The translations under genes and the position numbers were made by a program. Of a stretch of 64,000 nucleotides of DNA, positions 10,591-23,700 are shown in pieces. The notes beneath the pieces are model-generated. The model was not told where the DNA came from, did no database searches, and saw only the letters and a program-made list of their open reading frames with translations. The stretch's first letter is position 1. Each line of letters begins with the position of its first letter. This DNA comes from Euglena gracilis. Taxonomy: Eukaryota. The stretch spans positions 45,859,847 through 45,923,846 of the forward strand of contig CP154954.1 of assembly GCA_039621445.1 (NCBI GenBank), in the 5' to 3' direction.

Positions 10591-13511
10591 GACGGTCTTC
10601 ACGGGATGGGGATAATTATTTTTCCTTGGGCTTATGCAGCCAAACATGCAATTGGGCCTTGGCATGTCGTCTTGCACAACTGCGCAAATTCCCCACTTCT
10701 CGAGATTTTGGTTGGGTTTTTGAACTGCTGGTGACACGCCACATTGCCCCCATTGTTCGGGGGTGAAGCCTGGGGGGAAAGACAAAATATTGGTGTTTTT
10801 GGTCCTCTGATGACACCAAGAATGGCACCAATTTTCTTTCCCACAGGTTTTATCCCCAGGAAATGAGAAATTACCCAACCCCCTGATCTTGTCCGCCCAC
10901 ATTTCCTGAGTGGCAACCAGATATATATATTTTAGGTTTGGGTCAGGCTGAATTCCTCCCCCCTCCGGAGGGGGATTTTCTCTTTTTTCGGTGCGAAGCG
11001 CCGAAATGATCTGTCGGACCCAAAATTGACCCCAAAAGTGGTTCCCCCAGCCCCCCCCCCCCCCCCGGGGGGAGGGGAGAGGGACAGGTGAACCAGCATC
11101 AGATTGTGCTCTGGAGGTCTGAGGTCGGGTGACAGATCCTCCGCCTTACAAGGAGCCTTTTCACACACCTTTACTGGTAGAAATGGACTGTCAGATAACT
11201 CCATTTCTGGTGGCTGGGGGATGAGACTGCAGCAGGACCCCCGGACCCCATTCCTGGGGGGGGGGCAGCCAGCACCTTTCTTTACAGCCAGCAGTTTTGT
11301 TTGTTCAGCCGGTCGACTTCACTTGTTCTTTTGAGTGTCTCATTTGTCCAGTCACGCAAAGTGGACCACTTGAATAGTTCGTTTGTGCAGTCGTGCAGAG
11401 CAGAGCGCAAACACAGCATCCATGAAGTCGACGTGTTGTGCAGCATTAAATAAAGCGAGCCAAGGCTTCACAGTATGTTTTCCCTTGTACATGTCAGATG
11501 ATCAGATGATTTGATGACTTGTTGCTGCTTTTTTTAAAAAAAAACGGGGGATGGTCGAAGGATGCCGGAACTCTCTGATGTTGATCTGTTTTGCTCAGCA
11601 ATGTCCATTTACCATTTTTCCTGTTTATTTTCAGGTGAACGTGCTGGAACGGCAGATTTTTTCCCCACGTTTTCTTTTCTTGGGCCGCCCTGTGTGTATT
11701 GTGTGTTTGTGTCTTTTCGTGTATGTATGTGTGGGTGTGTCTGTCTGTCTGTCTGTGTGTGAATGGGTGGGTAGCGGATGGGTTTGGTTCTTTGTGGTTC
11801 AGCGCCACCTCCCTTTCGAGGAAAGCCCACCCCCGGGTGGCCTGCTGCCGTTTGCCGAAACACTCGTCCAGCACGGCCACAACGGCGCCATCTCGTTCTT
11901 GGACATCCTGCGTGCCTGGATGCCCTCCGTCCCGGAGCAGGTCCGCCTTCCTTTCTCTCCGTCCCCCTTCCCTCCTCTGGCCCATATCCGACAACAAGCT
12001 CCCCCGGCTCCAAAACAGGAATTCGGACGTCCCGCCTGTCAGCAATCCCCCTTCGCTTTCTCTGCGGCGCTGTGCTTTGAGACAGACGGCCGGTCGGCCG
12101 GCAACCGCTCTGCAGACCCCAGTTAAGGCCAGCCCCACTTTCGGACTTCACCCACGAAAGTCGGGGTCCGGCGCCGAAGAAACACAGCGGGGTTATCCCC
12201 CTCCCCCTGGCGCAGGTGCTGCGGGCCCACCTCGCGAGTGCGGACGCCGCGGCAGACCGCCCCCCGACGCCGGAGCCGGCCACCCCCGCCCCGGAGGTGG
12301 CGGAGCCCCGGGTGCGGGTCCCCTACGCGGAGGGGGAGCTGCACCTCACCCTGCCGATGTTCCGCCTCACGCACCTGCTGGAGCAGCCCGGGCACCCGGC
12401 GGCTGCTGTGGGGGTGTCATCGTTTTTGGGAACTCCCGGGGTTGGGGGTCAGGTGGCACCGCTGTGTCCTGCGGAATGCACGTCCTGCCTTGGAGGACAG
12501 GTCGCAGGGTCACAGGGTGAGGTTGTGGGGTTACTATGCCTCTCTGTGGAGGCAGGGCCGCATGGACCAGCCGCACATGGCTGGAGGGCGGATGGCGGGT
12601 GGTGCCACCACGCGGTACCACTGCTTTAGGCTGCTGCAGGGCCTCGACCTCGCCGGCGTCTTCGTCCCCGCGCTAATGGACCCCACCAAGGTGCATATCT
12701 ATTTGCCTCGGCTGTGGAGCCGTCGAGCCAAGGTTGCACCTTTGCCCCACGTTGAAGGAATGTTATGCATCGGTCCCAGTTTGTCTCAGCTTGGCAACCA
12801 GTTCTAACACAAGACCAGGCAATTTTCTGAATGTCATTTTTTTTTATTCAGTTTCAAAAATATACTGGAAATATATGAGTATAGTAGAAATTTTATGAAT
12901 ATAATCAGAAACTGTGTATGATGTAATTTTCCGTTCAGAGAATTGTTGAATGCTGGGGACAGGCTGTTTTTTAAGGTGGTGCCGACCCCCCTGGGGGGGG
13001 GGGTGCCTGCCTGGCAGGCACTCCAAGGCACTCCCGATCCGACCCCCCTCCGGGGGGGGGGGGGCACACGGCCAAAAGTGCCCAGACCAGACCGCACAGA
13101 CCCCAATGGCGCCGGGGAGCCAAAAAAATGGCTTATTTTCAAAGGAATGTGCCTGGGCGCAGGCCAAAATCCGACGGGGGGTAGTACCTGCCTGGGCAGG
13201 CACCCCAAGGCACACAGGACCCCCCCTCCCCCCCGGGGTTGGTAAAAAAAACTGCCTGGCCAGGGAAAGGTTGCAGCAGCAGCTCGTCATCGTCACTGGA
13301 GTCGCCCAGCCATCGCCAACGGTCTTGCCATCCCTTGCCCCACCAGGTGTTCCGGGACTTCATCACATGTCCGCGGCGGCACCGCCAGCCCAAGCCGTCC
13401 GCCGACCCCGTCGCCCACATCCACATCAAGACGAACGTCCCCGCCGTGAGCAAAGTGATGTACCGCTTCCTGGTGGAGGGCTACGCCCGGGGCCGGCTGC
13501 GCCTCTGGTGA
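4302..13511 (+). CDS. Multi-exon EF-hand-like repeat protein, 5'-partial (start not identified)
   Basis: Predicted exons 4302-4416, 7630-7697, 8994-9179, 9508-~9610, ~9876-9906, 9957-~10012, ~10312-10362, 11635-~11650, 11803-11940, 12216-~12391, 12630-12690, 13347-13511 (TGA). Phase-consistent joins give LTEDDFLDLQQGFCELDVRNCGRISVDELAAAGEEIAGRTF (EF-hand loop), a second copy GYEKVVRCNCGTLPFAQLVAAGETIAGNRF, and HGHNGAISFLDIL. The middle exons are uncertain. Confidence 0.7.
4893..6583. mobile_element. hAT-like non-autonomous element with 7-bp TSD
   Basis: TIR CAGGGCAGGGAGAT / ATCTCCCTGCCCCTG; ATTATTT duplicated at 4886-4892 and 6584-6590; CCGGAATAAA tandem subterminal repeats at both ends. Confidence 0.8.
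10395..10587. repeat. (GT)n/(GC)n compound microsatellite
   Basis: Direct reading. Confidence 0.9.
12960..13258. mobile_element. CAG...CTG MITE (hAT-like)
   Basis: CAGGCTGTTTTTTA / TAAAAAAAACTGCCTG ends; flanks GCTGGGGA / GCCAGGGA (6/8); internal GTGCCTGCCTGG..CACTCCCGATCC core recurs at ~19790, ~24780 and (reverse) ~43500. Confidence 0.65.
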
Positions 13512-14798
13512 GCCATGGCCGGCACGCCGGCACACCGGCACGCCCGCACCCTGACTGCCACCCTATGGGTCCGCACGTTTCGGCGACCACTTGAACGATG
13601 TGTGCCCGCAGAAGCCGTTGAGCGGCTCGTCTGCTTGGGTCAGCAGACAGCCCCCCAGCCAACTATGGGTACAACGCCCCCATCAACTCGGAGATTGTGG
13701 GCAGGCGTCTCTTCTTTGAGGCCGGGATGGTTGAGCACCAGATGTCATGCACGAGGCTTTTTCTGGCGAAATGAATGGAATGAAGCCTGATCGCAGGCTG
13801 CACGAAGTGGAAACCAGGGCCGTCTCCACCGCTGGAACCTGGTGTGTGGTAGATCATGTATTGCATAATATGAGCTAATTGCCTGCTGTTTCTTCTCTCC
13901 AGAAGAGTGAATCGGCAGCCCCACAATTTGGTAACCCCCCCCCCCCCGAATGACACCCCCTGGGTTATTATTTTTTTCGGCCGAAGTCCCTGTTTATTTG
14001 GGGGGGGGTTCTTTTTTTTGAATTTCGAGATTTTTCGAAAATCCTGAGACCCAAGATATCACCCAAAACCACCCTTTTTAGTTATTTTTTGAGTATTTTT
14101 TCCCGCAAAAATTAGGTTTTTTTTTGTAGGTCAGATGATCCACAAAACCCATTTTTTTGTCATTTATTCCTGTGAATTCCTGTTTTCAACCACATTTTTT
14201 TCAGGCAAAAATCGATTTCGGCGGCCTAAAATTATGGGAGGTATTATTTTTTTGGTCGGACCCCAAGGGGGGGTATTAATTGGAGGAGGGTTTGTGCAGT
14301 CCAGATGTTTTCCACCGTGAGGCACAAGGCACCCCAATAAGAGGAGAGAGGGCAAGGCCCAAATATTTCCCACGGCCGGTGTAACGCCAATGATTTTTTC
14401 TCACGTGTCACAGTGGCGGCCAAAAAATAAATCTTTCCACACGCTTGCTGTGATCCATACACGACCACATTCTTACTTGAAATTTGCATGGGTTCGTTTT
14501 TAACCCCATCCCCCCAAATCCTGCAACCACTGCGCCCACTTCCCAACCTGTGACGCTGGTAATCTCCGCTCAGGCCCAGAGGGGTATCCACCCGGCTGGA
14601 ACGGATTCAACGCGATGGACCACGCCCCTGGAGCCCACATCTCTCAGCCAGGCCTGGCCATCGGCAAACATAAACCATAAAACCATAAAAACAGCCAACG
14701 TAAAAACACAAAGGGGGTGGGGAAATCAGATCGCTTTTCGACCCCCTCCCCTCAAAACTGACAAGGCTCATTTTCTTTATTTGGTTCAAGAGCCAGCC

Positions 14799-14894
14799 GA
14801 ATTTGAAAAAACATGTGAAATATGTTGGAAGAACCCTGATTTTCTCAAGAAAATCAGGGTTCTTCCAACATATTTCACATGTATTTTCAAATTC
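14799..14894. repeat. Near-perfect 96-bp palindrome
   Basis: GAATTTGAAAAAACATGTGAAATATGTTGGAAGAACCCTGATTTTC mirrored around a very short loop (one mismatch). Confidence 0.9.
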
Positions 14895-16539
14895 CCGAAA
14901 ACTGCTATATCATGCCCTGCCTTTGGATGCGGGAAAGGGGCATACGAACATGACAGGAACGCCGCAGGCCGTGCACACGTTATGGCCAGGCCTGCCGGCA
15001 ATACTACAGCAGTGATGGCTACCTTGTTCTTCTGCTGGCGGCCGCCCAGTGCATCCCAGGGAAGGGGAACGTTGTTACACCAGTCCGCCAACCCCACCTG
15101 AATGTTTTTGTCTTTCCTGCGGACTATGCAGCCTCAAATACACGTTCACAATACACATAGAAACTCATGTGCACAGATGCACACACCATAGACAACCAGA
15201 TGTCCCACACATGCCCTAACTTCCTCCCTAATTTCCTCTTGGTGCACTGCATGCTGAGAGTTTCTTCAGCGCGGGCTTCGGCGTGTCGGCCTGGCTGGTG
15301 ACCCACGGCTTTGGGGCGGACTGGCACATCCAGGCAACGATTCACCATCAAAAGGCCGCTTTGTGACCGATTGACAACGGCAGAGATTCTCTGATTTCTT
15401 TTCTCATCCATGTCTCCCCTTCCCCTTCCTCACCATGTCTGCGCTGTGTGTTTCAGTTTGATGTTCTCGTCTCCCGTTTCTCTTTGGGTTTGTGCCTGCT
15501 GGCATCCTGAGGGAGAGTTTTGTTGGACGTTTTCTGTCCGATGATGTCGAAAGAGTGTTGGAGGTGTGGGTGGGCCCGTGTTCACCCGGCAGCCTCATCT
15601 GTCACCTTCTCCCCAGACCTGGGCGTCGCTTAAGCCGAAGTGAACCCCATCCCCCACAGGGGGAGGGGTCCAGCCAGCCAGGAGCTTTTATCCCAGCCTC
15701 GGACCCTCCTCCCCCCCATCGACAAGTTTTATTTCCTGCCGCCATTTGGGCAGCTGGACGGTGACGGATTTTTTTTCGAATCTGCAAAAATGGGCAAAGC
15801 CTGGCAAAAGGGAGCCAGATTTAGGCTGGCCAAGGCAAATTTTGAGTCGAAAATGACTTTTTTTTTGCATAATTGGTTGTTTTTTTTTGCAGTTTCGATT
15901 TTTTTCCCAGCAAGTCAGCTTTGGAACCAGGCCAGCTTTGGAAGCCAGCAGCTTTTTTTCCAGCCAGCACAATTTTTCCAGCCTCTGAGCAGTCTGGGAA
16001 GGGTGGCGGTTCAGGAACCCCAATCCTTGGAATGGACCATAAGGGAGAACAACAAATATAATGACTGGTCGATTTTTATTTCGCTGTGGGACAGTTTAAC
16101 TCCCCAGCATGCTGAAAAGCATTGTGCTTTCACCTTATAGCCCAGGCGAGGTCGGCCGAAGTCGCCCAGGTGACCTAGACCTAGAATATTTTGGCCTCTG
16201 GGACGAGCCTGGGGGCACAGTGTCAATTATCCTGCAATCAGGATTTGCCTCGCTGTGTCTGTTGGTTGTGTTTGCGCACCCATCCTCTGGGGAGGGGGGA
16301 TGGCACCCACCCATTTTCAGGTGACTTTCTTCTGGAAATGACTTTTAGGACTTTAGTAAAAATTTGCCCCGGTGCATGTGATTGAAATAAACTTTCACCA
16401 ATTCCAGGCACACTGATGATAAATGACGGAGGGGGGTGCACATAAATCAAACTGCTTGCTGATGCTTTACAACGTGGTGGAACCTTGCCCTTGTCTGTCT
16501 GCACAATCTTTATCTCCCGTTCTGCCAGAAAAAAAACAG

Positions 16540-17303
16540 CGTTTTGTACACTTTTCCCACTGTTCGACTTTGCCGTTTTCGGGGGGTGGGGGGGGTCAAA
16601 AAATCGATGTTTTCAAAATTTCTCGAAAATGATGCAAAATCAAAGGAAATGTCCGGACACCTAAATTGAAGCCCTTGGAACGCTCTATCTACTGGGATTT
16701 TGGTTTCCCCGCAGCTCACCGCCTAGCCCGAGATACGGCCGTTTTTCGGCCAATTTAGGCCATTTTAGGCCATTTTGTACACTTTTTCCACTGTTCGACT
16801 TAGCCGTTTTCGGCCAAAAAAGTCGAAAAAAAATCGAAATTTTTTTTGCCCGAAACGATGTTTTTTGGCCTCCCGGACCCGGAAAAACTGTTTTTGAGCC
16901 GAAAACGAGCGTTTTTCGACCCGCCGGCGCTCCGTTTTGGCCCGCCGACCCATTGACTTTGGGTCAAAACCGGGTCAAAAAAGTCGAAAAAAACTGAAAA
17001 ATTTTTTTTTGCCCGAAACGATATTGTTTGGCCTCCCGGACCCAGAAAAACTGTTTTGAGCCGAAAACGAGCGTTTTTCGGGCCGCCGGGCCCCCGGGCC
17101 GCTGGGCCCCCGGGCTGCCGGGCCGCTGGCCGGGCCGCCGGGTCGCCGGGCTGCCGGGCCGCCAGGCCGCTGGCCGGGCCGCCGGGCCGGGGTCAATGAA
17201 GGGGTGGGGGCGCGCTTATAAAGAGCTCAGCACTATTCAAAACCTGGTCAATGAAGGGGTGGGTGCGCGCTTATTAAGAGCTCAGCACTATTCAAAACCT
17301 GGT
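16540..17303 (+). mobile_element. 5'-truncated copy of satellite-bearing module (same family as 44217-47155 and 47549-52056)
   Basis: Contains the GGAAATGTCCGGA...CCCGAGATACGGCC block, about two 163-bp units, GGGCCGCC repeats and a tandemly duplicated terminus ...AAGAGCTCAGCACTATTCAAAACCTGGT. Confidence 0.75.
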
Positions 17304-17734
17304 CCGACCCCCCCCCCCCGTGTCGGGAGGGGGGTCCGACCCACCCCCCCTCAAGGCTTCCCATCCATCCCTGCTCCCACTCCAAGCGGGTATTTTGGGA
17401 TCTGATATGCATCGGCCCAAACCCACACAAAACCCCCCGAAGTTGCTGAATTTTTTTTAAACTAGAAAAATAATTCCATCCCTTTGCCTGACCGAAACCA
17501 ACCGAGTATTTTGTGTTGTGCAAGTGTGTACAGTGCTGACGGAGAAATCCCCCAACCAGCAGCATAGGCTCACCTCAGTTCCATCGTCCTGGTTGTGCTT
17601 CCCCAGAATCACCACCATGGCATCGTTGCAACACCACCGGGGTGTGTTCACTCATTTGTGTTTTTCACGCGGTACCCGCATCGTTCCCCCAGATTGCCCG
17701 CACCATGTAGCGGTCGAGTTATTCACAGGCGGTA

Positions 17735-20700
17735 ATGGCACGGGCGGTGTTCCGGTGCCAGTTGGGGGACGCGATGGTGCTGAAGCGCCTCATCCAGGCC
17801 GTCCGCGAGATTGTGGTTGAGGCGAATTTCGACTGCACGGCGAACGGATTGCAGGTGCAGGTATTTTATCCTTCCACGGGTAAATTGACGATTGTTTTGC
17901 TGCCCAAGGATGCGTACCAGGATTTTGATTGCATATCTCGTGCTTACAGCGATCTTACGGGAGAATCAAAAAATGATCCTGGACGAGGCATTGCAAATGC
18001 TTGTTTTTGAGTCACCGAACACTTCTTTAATTCCATTTCTTTATCAAGATATTTTTGAAAAAATTGATTTTTTGACCCAGAGCAGGGATTTTTTTTAAGT
18101 TTGGACCCCCGGGGGGGGGGAGGGGGGGTAGGGTGGGTGGGTCCGCCGACCCCCTCCCCCCCCCGGGGGGGGGTCCCCCCCAGAGGGGGGTGGGATATAC
18201 TTTTCGGCGCCGCAGGCGCCGAAAAAATTCTATTTTTAGCACTTTTCGCAATTTTTCGGCCATTTTTTGTGGGTCCCCCGGGACCCCCTCCCCCCCCCCC
18301 GGCCCCCCCCCAGGGGGGTGGGTGGGTGGGGGGGACCCCCCCTCCCCCCGGTCTTAAAAAAACCCCTGACCCAGAGATTCTGTGCTTAGGCTCCACCCAT
18401 TAAACCCAAATTGAACAGTCTTTCTGTTTCGACACGTATGCACATGCACGCACGCACGTGCGCACGCACACACGCACACGCCATAAATTACTTTCAGGCT
18501 TATTTTATTTAAAGTTTAATGCTCTATGGCCTGAAAGTCTTGCCTTTGGGGAGTGTGGCTCAGCCATCACATTTGCTTATGCGAGAGTGACAGTGGTACA
18601 ATCTGGGCTCTCCTCTCATTGCCGTTCTCATTGACTTGCTTTCTTGCTGCAATGATTGATTTTATAGTTTTCTGAACATTGCAAAAAATTAAAAAGAATT
18701 TTCTTTGATTTCAAGAACCCTGTGTTATGCAGCCATATTTTTGCTGCTGCTGACATGGACGACCACATGGGTTGTTTGAAAAATATTTGCCACACATTTA
18801 TGCCTTGTTGATTGCTGGGTTGTGATTGTTAATTGTGGTTGGCTTTGACCCCCCCCCAATAGTGCATGAGACCGCGCCTGTTTATTTTGATGGGTTACTA
18901 GACCTCAAAGGGGAGCCCAGGATCAGCGCGGCAACCGAGCGCGGTGGGACCAAAAAGTCGGAGAGTCGGACCTGGGATTGCATTTCGCAGGTGTTGAAAA
19001 ACACCTGGTGTAGTGGTGTAGTGGGGTAGTGGTGGTGTGGTGCTGTAGGGGCCTTTCTGTGTATTGGGGGGGTTCTTAACTTAAAAAAAAAATCCCGTCC
19101 CTTCCTGGACTCCGGCAGGGACCCACAAATCCCTTAAGGGACCCACGCACACTACCACCCCCTCTACCAGCCCTTCCCCCCCCCCCTGTGATCCAATCTG
19201 AAAAAAATTCCTGGTCTGTATACAACTGTACCAACAGTTTTGTTTGTACCAGTAGCCACCACATCTGTTCCAGTGTATCCAGTTCCAGCTGCAGGGCATT
19301 TGCACCGGTAGCTGGTCATTTGTGGTTGCTTTTGCTCTTCTGCAAACTTTCGGTACTTCTGGCACTTTTGGTGTTTTTGGCTGTGTTAAAGTTTTAGGCC
19401 ATTTCTCATTCTTTTGATCAAATGTGGCCCATTTTTGGCGACTTTACGCAGATGCGGTGAGAAAAAAGGCCAAAAAGAGGCCAAAAATTGCCAAAAACAG
19501 CTGAAAGTGGACTAAATGGAAAAGTGGCCAAAAGCTGCAAAAAAAATAGATCAACAGTAGTCACCAAAAAAAAATATTAAAAAACAGGCAGGAATAATCA
19601 AAACAGCCGAAATGGCCAAAGGTTGCATATGTTTTCAGTCGATTGGTGATTCTGCTTGTTTGGAAAACCTGATGGTGGCAAATCAAGAATGATGCCTTGT
19701 TGCAGGCATGCACTTTTTTTTTGAAGAATGTCGGTTTTAACCCAAGGCAGGTTTTCGAGACTCTGAAATCACCACCCTGAGGGGGGGGGGTTGCCTGCTG
19801 AGCAGGCCTTCAAAGACACTCAGATCCCCACAGGGGGAGGGGGGGCACATAGCCCTCGGCGCTTGGGCACTTGGCCAAGAGATCAAGGATTAGTGGCCTG
19901 GGGGGCCTGAGTATGCTGAGTTTGACGACTGTCTCAGAGTGCCCTGGAGTTCCTGGGCAGGGACCCCCCTGGGCTTAATGCCTGCCTGGTTGTGGGCAAA
20001 AAGTGCCAAAACTGGCTTTTTTCTGGGCTTCCAGCGCCAAAGGCGCCGGAAGTGCCCTGTTTGGCTCGGGGTGGCTTCCACTTTTTTTCTGCTGTGCCAA
20101 CAGGACCCCCGCCCCCTCCGCAGGCGATGGACACAACCCACACCTGCCTCATGGTGCTGGACCTCCAGGGCGGTGGCTTCCAGCGCTTCGAGTGCCACGC
20201 GTACCTCTCCCTGGGGCTCCACATCGAGCACCTGCGGAAACTCCTTGAGCCCATCACCCCCGCCCTCGCCCCTCCCTGTGGCTGAACAATGTGGAGGGGG
20301 ATTTAGACCCCCCCCTTCCACGGGTGCCATTTTCAGGCCAAATTTTTTCTTTGCACGGCCCTGTGGGGGTGGGCGGGTGCTGTGTACTGCACAGGGTTTG
20401 CGTGGATTGTATTGCCACCAATAGGTGGGTGGGGGGGAGGGCGAGGCTGTGGCTGCTCTGCCACCCTCACCGTGGAGGAGCCGCGGGAGCAGCTGGACAT
20501 CCGCATCGAGGCTGGCCGTGGGCAGGGGGTTATTATTTTTAAGGTATAAATTTCCAAAAAAAATCAATTTTTGAAAACATTTTTTTTAGGTCTTTTAAGG
20601 TTTTTTAAGGCAATCTGGCCAAAAATTATACAGCCCTTTTCTACGTTATTTTTAAAGGTTTCAAAAACCACTTAAAAAACACCCCCTGGTGGTGGGGGAC

Positions 20701-23700
20701 CCCCGATGGTGGAGTGGACGCTGCACCTCATCGACATCGACGCGGAGCACATGTCCCTGCCGGAGGAGGAGGCCGCAGAGGGCAAGGTGTACACTCCCCC
20801 GACTGAATGCTGTTGTGCAGGGCCCCCAACGCGGCAGAGAGGGAAGGGAGAGTCCAAGGCGGTGTGGCCGCAGCTGCTGGCACTGTCCCATGTCCCACTC
20901 GACCTTCACTTTTCTTTTTTTTTGCTCCTCGATCTTGCGAGTTTCCGTGGCTCCCTGCAGGCCACCTTCAGCATGGCCTCGGACGAGCTGTTCCGCCCCC
21001 GGGGATGCCCTGCATTTGGGGTGCCCCGGAGCATGTGTGTGCATTTCGCAGGGGTTTGGCGGCTGGCATGGGTTTGAAAGCTGCAGGGACATTTGAATTT
21101 AAATTCAACACCAGACATTGTCGGGGTTCAATGAAAGAAATGTATGGCATATGTTCTAGTAGATTTTTATTGTGTTTGTTTCATCAAGAATTGAGTTCAG
21201 TGATGCTCACCAAATTGTCAAATATGATTTGTTTGCAAAATTTTGCTCTCAAAAGCGTGAAAGCATGAGTTGAAAATGAAGTGTTTTCTTCACCATTTTT
21301 GCATCACATTATTTTTCACAAACATTCGTTTATGAATATTAGGAATGCCTGGACAGGACAAAATCAAGACATCCTTGAGCTCACTTGTTACCAGAAAATA
21401 ATCCACCACAACATCCGTTTGTTTGGAGGACCAGTTCGACGGTCACAAATGTGGTGTGACCTTCGTTTGCCAGGGTTTGGGCAGCTACCGCAGCGCCCCT
21501 CCGCCGGCTCATCTGCTCCGCATTTTCTGACTTGGCCGACACTGTCACCCTTGGCGGCAACCCTCTTGGGACAGCTCACCTTTTACCAAGGGGTTTCCGG
21601 GTGTGTGACTGTGGGGGGGCTTCTTGATTTCCCTCATTTTCTCGGTGAACACCAAATTTTACCTGGTCCCCTGAAGGTGGTTGTCACCCCCCTCCCCGGC
21701 TCGGGGTAAACCCCCCATTTAAACTGACCCCCCTTCTAAACCGACCTACCCTTCCAAACTGACCCATTACAGAATTTCAACAAAAAAAAATAAACCGACC
21801 CATGGCAAGTTGGATGACAAACATGCACAACATAATGGAAGCCGCCAACGGAAAGAGCGTCCATGCTCATTGAATTGTTAGCGTTGATGGCCCAAAATTA
21901 GGATTTTACACCCAAAATTAGGCATTTGCTTCCAAATTTTGGAGTTTGCGCCTCAAATTGGGCATTTTCCTCCGAAAATTTGGTATTGAAACCCAAAAAA
22001 AATACAAAATGAGGCATTTGCAACCTAAAATATGAAGTTTGCACCCAAAATTAGGCAGTTTGCCACCAAAAATTGGATATTACACCCAAAATTCAGCATT
22101 TGCCCCCGAAAATTAAGAATTTCCATCCCAAATTAGGCATTTGTCACTCAAAGTTAGGAATTGGCTGATCAAATTGGGCATTTGCCAATTGAAATTGCCT
22201 TGCTAACTTCAACCCGCTTCCATCACGCCGTTGGCCAGCCGTGTGCTCCCCCTGAAACCGACCCCGTCTAAACCGACCCCCTCCAGGATTTCCGCCAACC
22301 CAAGTCCTAAACCGACGGGTCGGTTTAAATGGGGGGGGGTTTATATCTGGACCAGGGGGCGATGGCAGAAGGTGGAAGCCTCCATCCATCCCCTCCCACT
22401 CATTCTGTGGTGACAGTTTATGGGAATCCGCATGGCCAAGCAACATTCTTCCCCGCCATTGCCCCCCCTCCGCCCGGCGATAGGGCTGCCCCGCCCGATC
22501 TGACGCAGCGGTCCGTGGCGTTCATCCCCGCCTGGCGTCCTGCCCCGCGAGGCGCGCGCGCGCACGTGTGTGTGTGGGTGTGTGTGTGGGTGTGTGGGTG
22601 GGTGTGTGGGTGTGTGTGTGGGTGGGTGGGTGTGTGGGTGTGTGTGTGTGTGTGTGTCTGTGTGAGGCGGGGACGGGAAAGGAGGGGCAGGGCCCCGGCG
22701 GCGTGACCAACACGGTGGACCCGGAGCGGGGCGTGGTGCCGGGCAGCAGCAGCGGCTCCGTCACTCTCGTGTTCCGACCCTGCCCGGCCCGGGCAGACCC
22801 CCAGAGACTCCCGCCTCAGATTGGCCACAGTTGGGTTGTCTGCCCTGATAGCAGCTGAGTGCCAGGGTTCGATGGGTGGCGCTTGGGGAGGTGTACCTTT
22901 TTTATTTTTTTTTAAAAAAAACGGTCGTCCGAAGCCACATCAATGTCACAAGATTAGACAGATTCACCTTCAGAAAGCAGATGATCCCAGAAGTCTGCTT
23001 TTTTTGCTCAAAAAGTTGAGTGATTTTTCTGAATCTTAAAGTTATGCAAGGAAATTGGATTTTTTTTACAGCCAGGGAAATTGGACAATCAATTCACATT
23101 GAAGTCCTTGGGCGATTGGCAAGGAGAGGACCCGCGAATTTCCATGGTCCCTCCCTTGAACCCCCTGAGAGGGTTGCATAAAAGAATCGGCGAGAGTTAC
23201 AAACATTGGTTTGGGAAAAGAAACCGTTCAACGCGATGTGGACACCATTCTTTAAGAGAGGCCACAAAATTTGACTCAGGCTCAAAGGAAGGTTCTGAAA
23301 CGCACACGTGAAGGCTCTGCTGCCGTGCCAGCGGATGCAGAATCGGACGCTGCACGCCTGGAAGGGACACCGGCTTTCAGCCACCCCGCCCCAGCCGACG
23401 TGCACTACTTTGTGCACCCGTGCATCCTTCTGGTCCATCTGCTGGAATGAAATCGACGGCAACAAAGAGGGGGGGGCGTCCATATGCCAGCCAACGCACA
23501 GTGTGCCGCACACCGTGCACACTTTGCACACCGTCCGCCCTTTGATTGCTTTGACTTCTTTGACTGAAAAAAAATGGAGATTTAAACTCGATTTTTCCGA
23601 CATATTTTTTTTGCTGTGGATTGATTTTTCGTTGTTTTTTTCCTTCAAAAAACCTGACACTGAAAGACGCACGGTGTGTGCACGATGTGCAGCACGGTGT

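Noticed and set aside
17720-17734. CAG just upstream of the PCNA-like ATG as a spliced-leader acceptor
   Set aside because: Plausible for a euglenid but cannot be supported without transcript data; no clear polypyrimidine tract.
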